This document shows, in pieces, positions 1 through 12,165 of a stretch of DNA of 32,197 nt. The notes below the pieces were generated by a model, which ran no database searches, was not told where the DNA came from, and saw only the letters and a list, made by a program, of their open reading frames with translations. Made by a program: the position numbers and the translations under genes. Each line of letters starts with the position of its first letter. Position 1 is the stretch's first letter. The stretch is taken from assembly GCF_006345805.1 (NCBI RefSeq), contig NW_021829636.1, positions 1-32,197 of the forward strand, in the 5' to 3' direction. This stretch comes from Octopus sinensis (taxonomy: Eukaryota).

Positions 1-196
1 CCTTTGCTTATTCCTTTGAACTATTTCGGTTTTCCTCGTCTCTCATTTTCCGTTTCCTCATTCCAGTCTCTTTTAGAGCAGGACAGCATCACAAACATCA
101 TCTTTAGGAATTCTTCTCCTCGACAATCTTGCACTTTCATCGTCAACCCATCCTCATTGTTCTGTTTATCTCCTTTTCTTTTTCGCCATATACGGA

Positions 197-214
197 CTAT
201 ATATAGATATATAT

Positions 215-262
<48 letters not shown>

Positions 263-534
263 GTATGTATGGTATGCATGTATGTCTATTACTAGTTTCA
301 CACAGAAATGGACAATCACGCATGCGCGCAAACGAACACACGCAAACAAACAACATATAGAAAGGTATAATTACACATGTGGGTTTGTGCTTGTGTGTGG
401 GTGTATAGATGCATACACATGTGTATGTATGTAATACACATATATGCAATATATATGCGTATATGTATATATATAGATATACATATACACATATATATAT
501 ATATATAAATACATATATATATATATGTATTATA

Positions 535-567
<33 letters not shown>

Positions 568-867
568 CTATATTAAACATATATATATATATTATATATA
601 TATATATATAAATATATACATATATACACAATATATTATATATAAATATGTATATATATGTAGGTATAAGAAATCAGTTACGTATTACAGATTGGTATGT
701 GTATATGTATCTATACAACCATGCGTGTATATATGTATGTGTGCATGTGTTTACATATACACACATATGTGTATGTATATACGTACGTAAATACGTGCAC
801 ACACATACATATACACACGCATGGTACATTACACACATGCCAATCTGGAATTCTGAGAACGCTGCAT

Positions 868-899
<32 letters not shown>

Positions 900-908
900 G
901 ATAGATAG
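197..908. repeat. Compound (TA)n/(CA)n/(TG)n/(TAGA)n microsatellite tract
   Basis: Long runs of TA, TATG and CA repeats read directly; the overlapping ORFs are YIYI/HTHT/CVCV translations of them. Confidence 0.95.
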
Positions 909-1227
909 ATGTGACGAATATGTGACGCTTAATATTTATGCTTTTTCTTAAGTTCACGGAAAAAAGCATTTTAGTGTTGTACAAGGCGATGGAAACTAGA
1001 GCATAGTAAATGTTTTATTAGGTCTCATTACATTATCATTAGGATTTTTTTTCCTTGAGTTGGAAGAGACGCCGAAAATAGTATGGAACAGTCATGAGTT
1101 AGAAACTGGTGATGATTAAAAAAAAAAAATGATTGCATCATTAGTCATACCGATGATCGATTCGATCGAGTATTCTCCTAAAAATAAAGTTCTGTACCAA
1201 TGCACGAAAAGATTGTTCTTACTTGGA

Positions 1228-1650
1228 TATTTATACATACATACACACAGCCGCACACACACACGCACACACAGACACACACATATATATATATATAGAT
1301 GCATATACATATATGTACATACATTATATATAATATGTATATATATATATACGTTATATTGTATATATATATATACATATATATGTATATATGTGTATAT
1401 ATGTGTGTATATATATATACTACACATATATATATGTATATATGTGTATATATATACGTATATATTGTATATTATAGTATATACATATATATGTATATAT
1501 GTATATATAACGTATATATTGTATATATATATATATATATATATATACAGATATATGTATGTATATATATATGTATTATATATTTTATCGCAATTGACTT
1601 GTTTACATAATGTAATATATATATGTATATATATATATAATATATATTAT

Positions 1651-1689
<39 letters not shown>

Positions 1690-1697
1690 ATATATAA
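1228..1697. repeat. Compound (CA)n/(TA)n/(TATG)n microsatellite tract
   Basis: Direct reading; explains the 244-aa and other low-complexity ORFs. Confidence 0.95.
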
Positions 1698-2352
1698 ATG
1701 TTCTTTTCATTTTGTTTTATGTCTTTCTTCCCTTATTTCATATCTCCTCCGCCATCTCATCGTACGACACCAATCCGTCAATCTTTCACAACCACTAACA
1801 ATGAAGTATATCAAAGCCAACAAGTCTGATCTCCTTCAGAGCTTGTCCATGGAGTATTTGTAACTAAGAAATCGTAACTTGACTTGTCAATGAGTCTTAA
1901 CGTAGATTTCCTTTTACGTACACCACGCCTCCCATGAGCTTCAAATTATCTTATTGCGTGAGATGTCTAGTGACATGATGTACATCTCTGCTAATGCTAC
2001 TCAAAGAAGTGTTAGCTTTGATGACAACTTCTTTCGTGCTAAACACATGAATGGTTTTCTTCTTTGGAATTCCTCTAATGATTAGCATTGAATTTCTCGT
2101 TTTGGTAACACTGAGATGTCTTCTTAATCTAATTTATAGAGACAGGAGTATGAAACAATATCTTAAATCGTAATTGTTGTTCATTTTCCCACGGAAACTT
2201 TCGTTGCCTTTTCCTTTTCTAAATCATTAAAATCATCAGTCAGACGATGACATTTGATTGCCACCTAAATTCCCTGGCTGAGAGCGAGAAAGAAGAGAAA
2301 CCTAAGACAGTGACACTTAACTCTCTGCTGTAGTTAAATCAGTGTTGAAAAA

Positions 2353-2414
2353 GCGCATGGCCTCTTGGTTGTTACGGTATTGGACTCATGGCCCTAAGGG
2401 TTTTCGATTCCCGG
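2353..2414 (+). mobile_element. Degenerate tRNA-like SINE head remnant
   Basis: GCGCATGGCCTCTTGGTTG (A-box-like) ... GGGTTTTCGATTCCCGGA (B-box-like); resembles the heads at 13563 (-) and 30057 (+). Confidence 0.35.
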
Positions 2415-3127
2415 AAAGGGTATCAGAATGTTGTGATTTCCGTCAATTATACTCTTTGGAAAATGAGTAACTGGCCCTCGTATATATCCTAGAATTTGTG
2501 ATAGTAATGTCCAAGTATTAATTGACTATTGATGATGATTGGTCAGGCGAAATGTCTCAAAATATTTAAGATGCTGATGCTATCTCCATTCTGAAAATGG
2601 TGGACCATGAAAGGTTCCACAGAGTGGGATAATCTGTTATATTTTCAATTCTCCTAGTGCATAAAAGATATGATTCTTGCTATCAGACTCGAAATTGCAT
2701 TATGCTAATCTGTCGCTATAGCTGCTTGAAATTTCATCAAATTTCCTCCGTCACACCATATTGTCTTAAAGAGCGGACAACAGCATCAAAAAATGTGATT
2801 TTACATATCAAAGAATACCGGGTCCTAATAAGCGTTACGCCTTTAGTAAAATATCTATCTGATTTTATCAGAGATATTAACTAGTGTTAAACAAAATGTT
2901 TCTCTGGTGTTGTGCAGGGTATGCATTAAGATGGAGCAAGATAAGAAATCTTAAAACAGGTGGGACCATAATCGCTGACAATAATCGTTTATTAGAATCC
3001 AATTACGCTCACGAAATATAATTTGTATTTGATACCCTCATATCTTATCAAAATTGTGTGCCAAATCCTATGAACATCTTCAAAAAATGGTTCTTCTGTG
3101 CTGGCAGTAATCTTGCTTTCTACATTA

Positions 3128-3254
3128 ACGCAGAAGACCAGAAGTTTTGGAGGCGGGGTACAGTCGATTGCGTCGACCCAGTGCTCGACAGGTACTTATT
3201 TCTTCGACTCCGAAAAGATGAAAGGCAAAATGGATCACGGCAGAATTTGAACTC
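3128..3254 (-). mobile_element. SINE family C fragment (B box, Nin/Deu-like domain, tail)
   Basis: Minus strand reads GAGTTCAAATTCTGCC...TTTGCCTTTCATCTTTTCGGAGTCGAAG...GGGTCGACGCAATCGAC, homologous to the copies at 3255-3879 and 31113-31530. Confidence 0.75.
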
Positions 3255-3637
3255 GCACAAACCCTGCACTTTTGGGGTGGGGGCTAAATCGATTATATAG
3301 CCCCTAGTATTGAATTAGTACTTATTTTCTCGATTCTAGAAGGATGAAAGGCAAAGTCAATCTCGGCGGAATTTGAACTCAGAAAGAAAAGACAGACAAA
3401 ATACCTATTTCTTTATTACCCACAAGGGGCTAAACACAGAGGGGACAAACAAGGACAGACATAGGTATTAAGTCGATTACATCTTCCCCAGTGCGTAACT
3501 AGTACTTAATTTGTCGACTCCGAAAGGATGAAGGGCAAAGTCAACCTCGTCGGAATTTGAACTCAGAACGTAGCGGCAGACAAAATACCATAAGCATTTC
3601 GCCCGGCATGCTAACGTTTCTGCCAGTTTGCCACCTT
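3255..3637 (-). mobile_element. SINE family C, dimeric form (tRNA head, Nin/Deu-like domain twice)
   Basis: Head AAGGTGGCAAACTGGCAGAAACGTTAGCATGCC and B box GAGTTCAAATTCC, then a TTTGCCYTTCATCCTT core and tail 1 (TTTAGCCCCTTGTGGGTAATAAAGAAATAGG). This is fused to a second unit with B box, core and tail 2. Same layout as 31113-31530. Confidence 0.85.
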
Positions 3638-3663
3638 AATATTACTAGAATAATGATAATCCA

Positions 3664-3879
3664 TTGTACTATAGACGCAAGGCCTGCAGTTTTGTGGGGA
3701 GGGGGTATGTCGATTTCACCGACCCCGGTAATCAGCTGGTGCTTATTTTATCGATTCCAAAAAGAATGAAAGACAAAGTCAACCTCGGCGGAATTTGAAC
3801 TCACGACGTAAAAACGGACGAAATGCCGCTGAGAGCATGTTTCTTTGGTGCAGCAACGATTTTGCCCACTCGACGCCTT
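3664..3879 (-). mobile_element. SINE family C, monomeric diverged copy
   Basis: Head AAGGCGTCGAGTGGGCAAAATCGTTG, B box GAGTTCAAATTCCGCCGAGG, core, then tail 2 (CCCCTCCCCACAAAACTGCAGGCCTTG). Confidence 0.8.
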
Positions 3880-3882
3880 CAT

Positions 3883-3989
3883 GATTAATAATAACAACAA
3901 CAATAACCACGGCAACAATAACAGCAACAACAATTATAATAAAAGTCATGATGATGACGACGATGACGATGATGATGTTGATGATGATG

Positions 3990-4025
<36 letters not shown>

Positions 4026-4027
4026 AC

Positions 4028-4064
<37 letters not shown>

Positions 4065-4078
4065 GTGGTGATGATGAC

Positions 4079-4112
<34 letters not shown>

Positions 4113-4157
4113 GTGATGGTGATGATGGTGATGATGATGATGACGGTGATGATGGTA
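3883..4157. repeat. Compound trinucleotide microsatellite (AAT/AAC)n-(GAT)n-(GCT)n-(GAT/GGT)n
   Basis: Direct reading. Confidence 0.95.
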
Positions 4158-5395
4158 TGCGCTTCGTGTATTCAGGCTTGTTTATTTTTTATATGCATAG
4201 ATCGCTCAAAATGACATGGGTTCACGATATCAGGATATCTTGAAATTGCGGTATGATATCCTGTATTGTATTCATTGAAATAAACCAGACCTATTTAAGG
4301 CACATTTGTGCACCCCATGCAGTAGGATTTTCTAATACTCGGGATTCAGACTGATCTTAGTAAAAAAAATGAGCTGTGCCAGACAATAAAACCAATGAAA
4401 GAGATTCTCGACAGACTAGAAATAAATCCGGTCGCTGACGATTGATCGAGACTCCACAAACGAAACAACACGGGCCTACGGCCTACATGCGAAGTTGAAC
4501 TCGGGATGAAATATCCATGGTTCATATTCTACCTTTGACTCAAAAGCCAATCTATGGGCAGTTACAATAAGTTCCCATTCATTCTGACCACTTAATATAA
4601 AAATAACTTCCAACGCTGTAACTAGCCTCAGGCAGATCTATCTGATATTTATTGAGAAACGTTTCATTAGGCTGTACAGCTAATCTGACATTTTAAATGG
4701 ACCGAGTCCTCCAAGGAAATGTTCATATTTCATCTTTGTTTAACTAACTCTATTTACTTCATGACAAAGTAGAAAAAAAGACAAAATACGGAAAGGAAAA
4801 CAAGGAAAATAAAGAAGTAGATAAACATGTGAGTATGGTAGGGGTTGCCAAAACAAAAACAAAATTGTGAATGTATTGTAAATGTATTGTGATGAGTCTA
4901 AATCGAGTTTTATTTCTTGTGTTATATTTTTGTGTGTGTACACTAGTAAAAGTGCAATCCAACAGTTAAAGAAAAGCTTCCATTTCGATTCGAGATCATT
5001 ACAAACAATCAATCAATCTAGTTGGTATCCATTTATCATTCTATAACGACCATTTAGAAATCAATTAGTATTCTATTTTAATCTAAATTTAAAAGTACAT
5101 GAAAATAAGCATTTACAAGGTAGAAAAAAGCAAAGAACGGCTTATATGAGTGCATACGTCTGAAATTTGTCAATTTAAATGATTCATGTCAAAAACCGAT
5201 TTGTTTCAACCGTTTCGATTCGTTTCCGCAGTAGTGCCAGACATAATTTTTGTTTTTAATTTTCAACTTTGTGGTCTTCGTCACCAGGATTCATTTACAC
5301 GACCATCTATCTTATCAGGATATTACAATTCTTTAGATGATTTGTGTCTCAGAAGAATTGGCTGTAACGGTGCGTATATATGGCTGTCTTTTACT

Positions 5396-5995
5396 TTTTG
5401 TCTTTTATCTATTCAGTTATTAGACTACGGCCATACTGGGGCACCGCCTTGAAGAAGTTTTAGTCGAATGAATCGACCCTAGTATTTCCTTTTTTTAAAA
5501 AAAGTCTGGGACTTATTCTATCGGTCCTTTTTACCGAACCACTATTTATTAAAGGTACTTTGGCGAATGTATTAAAGGTACTTTGGCGAATAATATATGA
5601 TAAAATTCAGAATTACAGACGCCACAAATTTTTCTGCCCTTATCAAACGGAACAGATACCGACAAAATGGACCATTCCAGCTTGAAGGTTGAATTGCTGT
5701 CTTTCAGACGCCAAATTAGTTTGCTTAATCCCTTTGCATTAAAGTAAACACACCAATACTGGTTGTCAAGTGGTGATGGTTGACAAACACAGACACAAAC
5801 ACACGCACACACACACGCAAATGTACACCTACACACATACCTACATATGCGACAGGCTTCTTCCACTTTATGTCTAATAAATCCAGTCACAAGGGTTCGG
5901 TCAGCCCGACGCCAAAGTAGAAGATGCCCAAAATGCCATACATTGGGACTGAAACTAGAATTATGTAGCTAGAAACAAGATAACCACACACGCAC
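5396..5995 (-). mobile_element. Old, degenerate SINE family A copy split by a ~200 bp insertion
   Basis: The 3' half at 5396-5544 reads AAGGCGGTGCCCCAGTATGGCCGTAGTC on the minus strand. Homology resumes at 5745 (gtaaacacaccaatactggttgtcaag) and runs through a microsatellite to a degenerate head near 5995. Confidence 0.6.
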
Positions 5996-6050
5996 ACACA
6001 CACATACATACATACATATATATATAATATATATATATATATATAATATA

Positions 6051-6110
<60 letters not shown>

Positions 6111-6111
<1 letters not shown>

Positions 6112-6339
6112 TTCTTTACTACACACAAGGGGCTAAACACAGAGGGGGAAACAAGGAGAGACAAAGGGATTTAACTCGATTACATCGACTCCAGTGCGTA
6201 ACTGGTACTTACTTTATCGACCCCGAAAGGATGAAAGGCAAAGTCGACCTCAGCGAAATTTGAACTCAGAACGTAATGACAGACGAAATACGGCTAAGCA
6301 TTTCGCCCGGCGTGCTAACATTTATACCAACTCGCCGCC

Positions 6340-6341
<2 letters not shown>
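6111..6341 (-). mobile_element. SINE family C, left monomer only, embedded in (TA)n
   Basis: AAGGCGGCGAGTTGGTATAAATGTTAGCACGCCGGGCGAAATG...GAGTTCAAATTTCGCTGAGGTCGACTTTGCCTTTCATCCTTTCGGGGTCGATAAA...CCCCTTGTGTGTAGTAAAGAAA. Confidence 0.88.
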
Positions 6342-6396
<55 letters not shown>

Positions 6397-6420
6397 ATAT
6401 GTATGTATGTATGTATGTAT

Positions 6421-6554
6421 ATATTAAGAGAAAAACCTCTATTAAGCAATTCTATAGTGAAAGACGTTATTCACACCCTATACAAAACATATACTATAAA
6501 AACCTTATTCTAAAAATCAATAAAGTACATAAACAATAAAAATTCCTTACTATT

Positions 6555-6602
<48 letters not shown>

Positions 6603-6775
6603 ATATGTATGTATGTATATATGTATGTATGTATGTATGTATATATTAAGAGAAAAACCTCTATTAAGCAATTCTATAGTGAAAGACGTTATTCACACCT
6701 ATACAAAACATATACTATAAAAACCTTATTCTAAAAATCAATAAAGTACATAAACAATAAAAATTCCTTACTATT

Positions 6776-6792
<17 letters not shown>
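6421..6792. repeat. Near-identical tandem duplication, period 222 bp
   Basis: The unique ~150 bp segment atattaagagaaaaacctct...ccttactattatt occurs at 6421 and 6643. The only difference I see is cacaccctata versus cacacctata. Confidence 0.9.
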
Positions 6793-6834
<42 letters not shown>

Positions 6835-6840
<6 letters not shown>

Positions 6841-7025
6841 AGAAAATCCAAAAAGAAGAACAAACACAAAAAAAAAACGCGAGGAAGTGGTACATGGACG
6901 CCTAGGGAACGAAAGAAAGATGTTTTAAAGTTTTGAGCAGATGGTCTTCTTCGGAAACAGGGGAACGTCCAATATAAAGGGAGAAGAAGGAAGAAAGTCG
7001 CCAACTATTCACATGTGGGTTTATA
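6835..7025 (-). mobile_element. Short Penelope-like-element-type repeat with a degenerate minimal hammerhead motif
   Basis: Homologous to 31830-32052 (aacgcgagga.gtgg, gacgc..g.gaa, tcgccaac). The minus strand at 6921-6959 reads TGTTT-CCGAAGA-A-GACC-ATCT-GCTC-AAAA-CTTT-AAAACA. Confidence 0.55.
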
Positions 7026-7146
7026 TATAAGTGTATGTGCGTGCGTGTGTGTGTGTGTGTATTTTTATATGTATGTATGTATGTATATATGTATTTATAT
7101 ATATAAATCATACATTCAAATTCATCATATGTGAGAGTGGGAGATA

Positions 7147-10100
7147 CCGCACACCTTGGCGTCGAAGACGCTACATTTTTCCTAAAATCAGTCTCAGAAA
7201 TCTACCATGTTTCCTGGAGGCCGAATTCTGCATTATTCATAGGCGTATACTAACCACAGAGGAAAATTATCTATGCTAGCCAGTAATCTGAACTCCTGTA
7301 TATGATTGCTTATTGAAGTTCATAAATTATTCTTTGTTAAAGTTGTAAATAAAAAAAGGCCATAATCTTTTTTTAAATATGCGTTATCACAAAAATTCAG
7401 TCACATATGGGCAGCTGACGAGTGATATTTTACATGTGTATCTAAATTGCCGGTATTGTCAAGTTCTTCATACAACTTGACTTTAAGGGAACATTATTAA
7501 GTGACGAAAGAAGTAAAACTACGGTATGTCAAAAGGGTTTGCAAGAAAATATTAATAACAATAGTGTCGTAATCACTTACTCTCTGTTATGAAACGTGTT
7601 GTGTTCAGAGAGCAACAGAAGCTTCCTTCTTGATCTCTGAAAGCCATGGTCTTAACCAGTTCAAACCGGGATCAGCAACTTCAGAAGAATTTGAATTTTT
7701 AGCGCAACCGTTATTATGGCAACCTCAAGCAAAAGATACTCTTACACAATCGGCTACAAGCTACAAGTGATTGAATACGCCAAACAGCATGGCAACATGG
7801 CTGCGGCGAGGCATTTTGGAGCGCCGCCAACTGAGAAAATGATCTGCTACAAGAAGAAACAAGAGGACCTGTTGAAGCCTGTATGAAGACAGCAGCTAAG
7901 TGGCTGGAACTACAGCAACAGATGAAGGAGTGGATAGCTGCGGAGTGTAGGTCGGGTTTGGCAGTATCAATAAAAAGGATTATTAATGAATCAAAAGTGA
8001 GGACAGCAGCACGAGGTCTTGATGATTTTCGTGGTTCATCAAGCTGGTGTTACAAATTTATGAAGAGACACAGACTGGCAATAAGAATGACCACAAGAAT
8101 AGCAAGAAAAAAGAAAAATGCCTGAAGATTATGAGATCAAATTAATCGAATTTCACAGGTTCATAATCAGTGCAAGAAAAAAGATTGACTACGAACTGGG
8201 TCAGATCAGAAACACGGATGATTTGCCACTAATGTTTGATGTAGTTTCAAATAGAACAGTAGGTGTTAGTGGTTCCACAACCGTAATTGTAAAGACATCT
8301 GGGCATGAGAAAACCCTTTATACTGCAGTATTATTATGTTGTGGTGATGGAACAATACTGCCACCGCTGCTTATTTTCAAGAGGAAAACTTAACCAAACG
8401 ATAAAATTCAACGTGGAATTTATATTCACGTTTCCCAAGAGGAGTGGATGAATGAAGAGGGAGTGAAGTTATGGCTAGATACGGTCTGTACGAGGCGTTC
8501 CGGTGGCCTCCTTAAAAACTACCAGTTTTGTGCCCACAAAACAAAGGCTATTAAAGAAAGGGTGCAGAAATTGAAAACGTAAATGGCAGTGATCCTTGGT
8601 GGTTTAACTAGCCAACTACAACCACTGGACGTATCAATCAACAGACCTTTTAAGGCATTTATGAAAGAAGAGTGGAATCAGTGGATGAGAGGCAACGGGC
8701 CATGATCTAATACCAACAGAAAAGGTCAACAATTGCTCAGTTTGCGAGTGAGTTCTGAGATCATGGAATGCTGTGAAAATTGAAGTAATAGCAAAATATT
8801 TTATAAGATGTGGCATTAGATGGCACAGAAGGTGACATTCTGTTTGAAGATAGTGACACTTCGGACAGTATTGACAACCGTGGTGATTTTTCTGGTTGTT
8901 GGAATATGAATGACTGCAGTCAGTTTTCAGCATTTGAAGAGTGAAATATTTTCTTTATATTCATACATTTAACATTTGCACACTTTTTAATCTTTTTCCA
9001 TCGTAATTTAATTGTAGCGTTTGTTTTTCCATGTCTGTGTGCAATTTTTACAAATGGTAATTACGTAAAATATTTTCGGGATTTGAAAATTAAAATATGT
9101 TTTCTTATTTGTAATATTTCAACTGCAGGTTTTAATTTCGGTTCTGTATTTATTTTGTTCTATTTGGAATTTCATGTTTGTGTCTTACTTCTATAAATGG
9201 TAGCAATAAGCAACATATTTCCAGTATTTTATGATTGAAATTTTTTTTTATTATGTAGATTTTACTGTTATTAAAATTTTGTTTTCATTTTGTTCTATTT
9301 AGGATGTCATGTTCATGTGATATTTTTACAAAGTGTAACTGTACAATAAAATGTTATTCCGTATTTCTCACAATAATTTTCTTATTGTGGAGTTTAGTTT
9401 TTTTCTTTGTCTGGGACCAAAAAGTACTGTATAATTCTCATCTATTATTACCAAAATCTTAAAATACTGCGACAGTGGTAACCCCATCCACTTGCTTGAA
9501 CTGAGACTTTATTGGCCAAGAACCCTCCTGATGAAGCACATGAAGATAAAAATGACTGCTGAGCCGAACAGTGAATAGTCGAACTGGAGCATGATAGTGC
9601 AGGAGTGAATCCAGAAATTTGTGATAGGGGTGGGTCTGAGGTCCGATTCTTTGCAACTGATCAATGAAATGACAGGGTAATATGTTCAGAGATACTGCAA
9701 AATTAATTTCTATACTGAACCTTACAATAGTTGCTTGCCCTGGTACAAAAATATGCTTTCTGTCATAAATATTTAAACAAAACAGTCACATTTGAGAAGT
9801 TTTGGGGGTATGGGGTGCATCTTCCTATCCACCCCATCTGCATACAACACTGTCGTAGTATAATTTCAGTATTACAGTGGGTACATAACGGTAGGCATAA
9901 ACATACCCTACCATGTACTAACGGTCCCACAAAACAAATTGCTAAGGTAGGTGAATGCAGTCTTTTCTCAGTTTTACAGACTCGAGTGTGGGGTCACAAC
10001 GGGAGGCAGTCACGTTTAGTCAACGTAAGGGATAAGCACAAATAAGTATTAGACAAACAGCCAAAATAAATGCTAGGGACATTTTAAGTGGCGTACAGTT

Positions 10101-10252
10101 ATATTTTTTTTATTGCATCTCTAAAGGTAACAAGACCCGAAGTGTCGGGATCGTATTTTATTTTTATTATTTTAAATTTTTTTCAGTGTTTTGCTTGTCA
10201 AATTTAGGGCGTGTCCTCGAGGAAGAAGCGCCTTCGACGCCGGGAAATACGG
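7147..10252 (+). mobile_element. Decayed pogo-type (Tc1/mariner-pogo superfamily) DNA transposon with TIRs and TA TSD
   Basis: Left TIR CCGCACACCTTGGCGTCGAAGACGCT (7147-7172) matches the right TIR reverse complement CCGTATTTCCCGGCGTCGAAGGCGCT (10227-10252) at 19/26 positions. TA lies at 7145-7146 and 10253-10254, and the transposase remnant is internal. Confidence 0.85.
7716..8944 (+). pseudogene. Disrupted pogo-family DDE transposase (Brinker-type HTH, CENP-B-type HTH, DDE_1-like domain; POGK-like architecture)
   Basis: Pieces read MATSSKRYSYTIGYKLQVIEYAKQHGNMAAARHFG; KWLELQQQMKEWI...FRGSSSWCYKFMKRHRLAIRMTT; NTDDLPLMFD...KTSGHEK...VLLCCGDGTILPPLLIFKRK; and GGLTSQLQPLDVSINRPFKAFMKEEWNQWM. 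There are several frameshifts and stops, and the second catalytic Asp region is damaged (YQFCAH). Confidence 0.92.
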
Positions 10253-10557
10253 TAGATTTATCTAAACACATAACTTCTGTATGATTAGCGCTGTTTCGTA
10301 ACTTACTTCTTGTAAAATTAATTTCAGTCTGCTAGAAATGATACGTAGAACTTTGAATTAATATGTCTGCTCAGCATTACACATTACAATTACGTATTTG
10401 GAAATGAATGCAAAGAAAGAAAGCTATCTCATCATATCACTAGAACATCAACGGTACGTCAACGCTTCAAATTTACATATAAAATTCACTGTATAATTTT
10501 ATAATGACTGGAAGTTCAGAATTGGAAGAAATTACATTTATTTCGTCAGTAAATATA

Positions 10558-10958
10558 GGCGCAGGAGTGGCTGTGTGGTAAGTAGCTTGCTAACCAACCA
10601 CATGGTTCCGGGTTCAGTCCCACTGCGTGAAATCTTGGGCAAATGTCTTCTGCTATAGCCCCGGGCCGACCAATGCCTTGTGAGTGGATTTGGTAGACGG
10701 AAACTGAAAGAAGCCTGTCGTATATATGTATATATATATATATGTATGTATGTGTGTTTTTTTGTGTGTCTGTGTTTATGCTGGTGTGTTTATGTCCCCG
10801 TTACTTAGCGGTTCGGCAAAAGAGACCGATAGAATAAGTACTGGGCTTACAAAAAGAACAAGTCCCGGGGTCGAGTTGCTCGATTAAAAGGCGGTGCTCC
10901 AGCATGGCCGCAGTCAAATGACTGAAACAAGTAAAAGAGAAAAGAGAAAAAGAGAGAG
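10558..10958 (+). mobile_element. SINE family A (tRNA head, CORE-like, internal microsatellite, LINE-like tail), full length
   Basis: A box TGGCTGTGTGG, B box GGGTTCAGTCCC, CORE-like TCTTGGGCAAATGTC, internal (TA)n(TG)n, and tail GGCGGTGCTCCAGCATGGCCGCAGTCAAATGACTGAAAC followed by A/G-rich repeats. Confidence 0.92.
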
Positions 10959-11099
10959 TAACAGGAAAATAACAGAGGAAGGACATAGTTTGGTGTTATA
11001 CATTGTAGAACGAATGTCCTTAGATCTCTTAACTGGGAGATGGAACGTTAAGGAATTTTGTATCTTTCATTTCAGCGAAATAACAAGAAACAAAATAAC

Positions 11100-11430
11100 A
11101 ATAATACACACTTGTACATACGCAGCCACACATACAAACACACGTAAACACACACCCTCGGATACACACGCAGATACACACGCAGATACACACACATATT
11201 TGTATATAATACATACTTACGTGTGTATGTACGTATGTTTGTACGTACATATGTATATGTATGTACGTATGCATGTACGTATGTATGTACGTATGTATGT
11301 ACGTATACATGTATGTATTACGCATGTATGTACGTGTATGTGTATCTATGTATGCATACATCTTATAGACGCTTAAACAACATGAAATCCACATTCATTT
11401 ACATATGTATTTATGTATGTATGTATGTAT
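11100..11430. repeat. Compound (CA)n/(TACG/TATG)n microsatellite tract
   Basis: Direct reading. Confidence 0.9.
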
Positions 11431-11611
11431 AAGTGCCTGTTTTTGAAAAGACGACATTAGGAATAAAATATGCATGAATTAATATTATGTAATAATTAAT
11501 TCATTATTCCATCGCTTTTGCTTAAATCAAACTTGCTGAACCAATCTCAACTTTTTGATATTTTGATAAAATTTTCATTGTTCAAGAATAATATCTAATT
11601 TTTAAAATTCA

Positions 11612-11886
11612 TTACTCTTTTACTCTTTTACTTGTTTCAGGTGTTTGACTGTTGCCATGCTGGAGCACCGCCTTTAGTCGAGCAAATCCACCCCAGGACT
11701 TATTCTTTGTAAGCCTAGTACTTATTCTATCAGTATATTTTGCCGAACCGCTAAGTTTCGGGGACGTAAACACAACAGTATCGGTTGTCAAGCTATGTTA
11801 GGGGGGACAAGCACAGACACCCAAACGTATACACACACGCATACATACATACATACATACATACATACGTACATACGTACGTACAT

Positions 11887-11931
<45 letters not shown>

Positions 11932-12006
11932 ACACACACTAATACAATTGTTTGTTTGTATTCCACCTGCCTTCGTCTTATGTTTATTTTCATAAAGCTT
12001 CCCGTT

Positions 12007-12077
<71 letters not shown>

Positions 12078-12121
12078 GACGGGCTTCTTTCAGTTTTGGT
12101 ATACCAAATCCACTCACATAA
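11612..12121 (-). mobile_element. SINE family A, 5'-truncated, with expanded and interrupted internal microsatellite
   Basis: The 3' half is at 11612-11830 (tactcttttacttgtttcag...ggagcaccgcctttagtcgag). A remnant of the 5' half (gacgggcttctttcag...ccaaatccactcaca) is at 12078-12121, and there is no tRNA head. Confidence 0.85.
11938..12006 (+). mobile_element. 3' fragment of the hammerhead-bearing repeat family inside a SINE microsatellite
   Basis: actaatacaattgtttgtttgtattccacctgccttcgtcttatgttt aligns by eye with 15999-16075 (actcctatacttgcttgttgttttcacacctgtctttatcttttgttt); both end in a TA-rich run. Confidence 0.45.
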
Positions 12122-12165
12122 TCATAATGATAAAGATATATAAATATACATATTTTCAATATATA

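Noticed and set aside
21-1863. Many ORFs of 60-244 aa rich in Y/I/C/V/H/T/M (also around 5900-7300, 10900-12200, 16000-16400, 20277-20904 and 27940-28400)
   Set aside because: They are translations of dinucleotide microsatellites that lack stop codons, with no domain-like sequence.
3845-4243. Poly-N/poly-D/poly-A ORF and the overlapping poly-M/L ORF
   Set aside because: Entirely explained by trinucleotide repeats; there is no flanking coding signal.
4435-4480. CTGACGA...GAAAC hammerhead-like motif
   Set aside because: Stem II is poor, there is no NUH triplet after stem III and there is no stem I; probably chance or too decayed.
7716-8944. Domesticated POGK-like host gene
   Set aside because: The ORF has multiple frameshifts and stops and a damaged catalytic region, and it is enclosed by TIRs and a TA TSD; no KRAB domain is seen.
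9528-9580. CTGATGA followed by an AGCA/TGCT stem
   Set aside because: No GAAA follows the stem, so it is not a hammerhead.
10558-10630. tRNA gene call for the SINE heads
   Set aside because: A and B boxes are present, but I could not build a complete cloverleaf, and the sequence continues into a SINE body in every copy.
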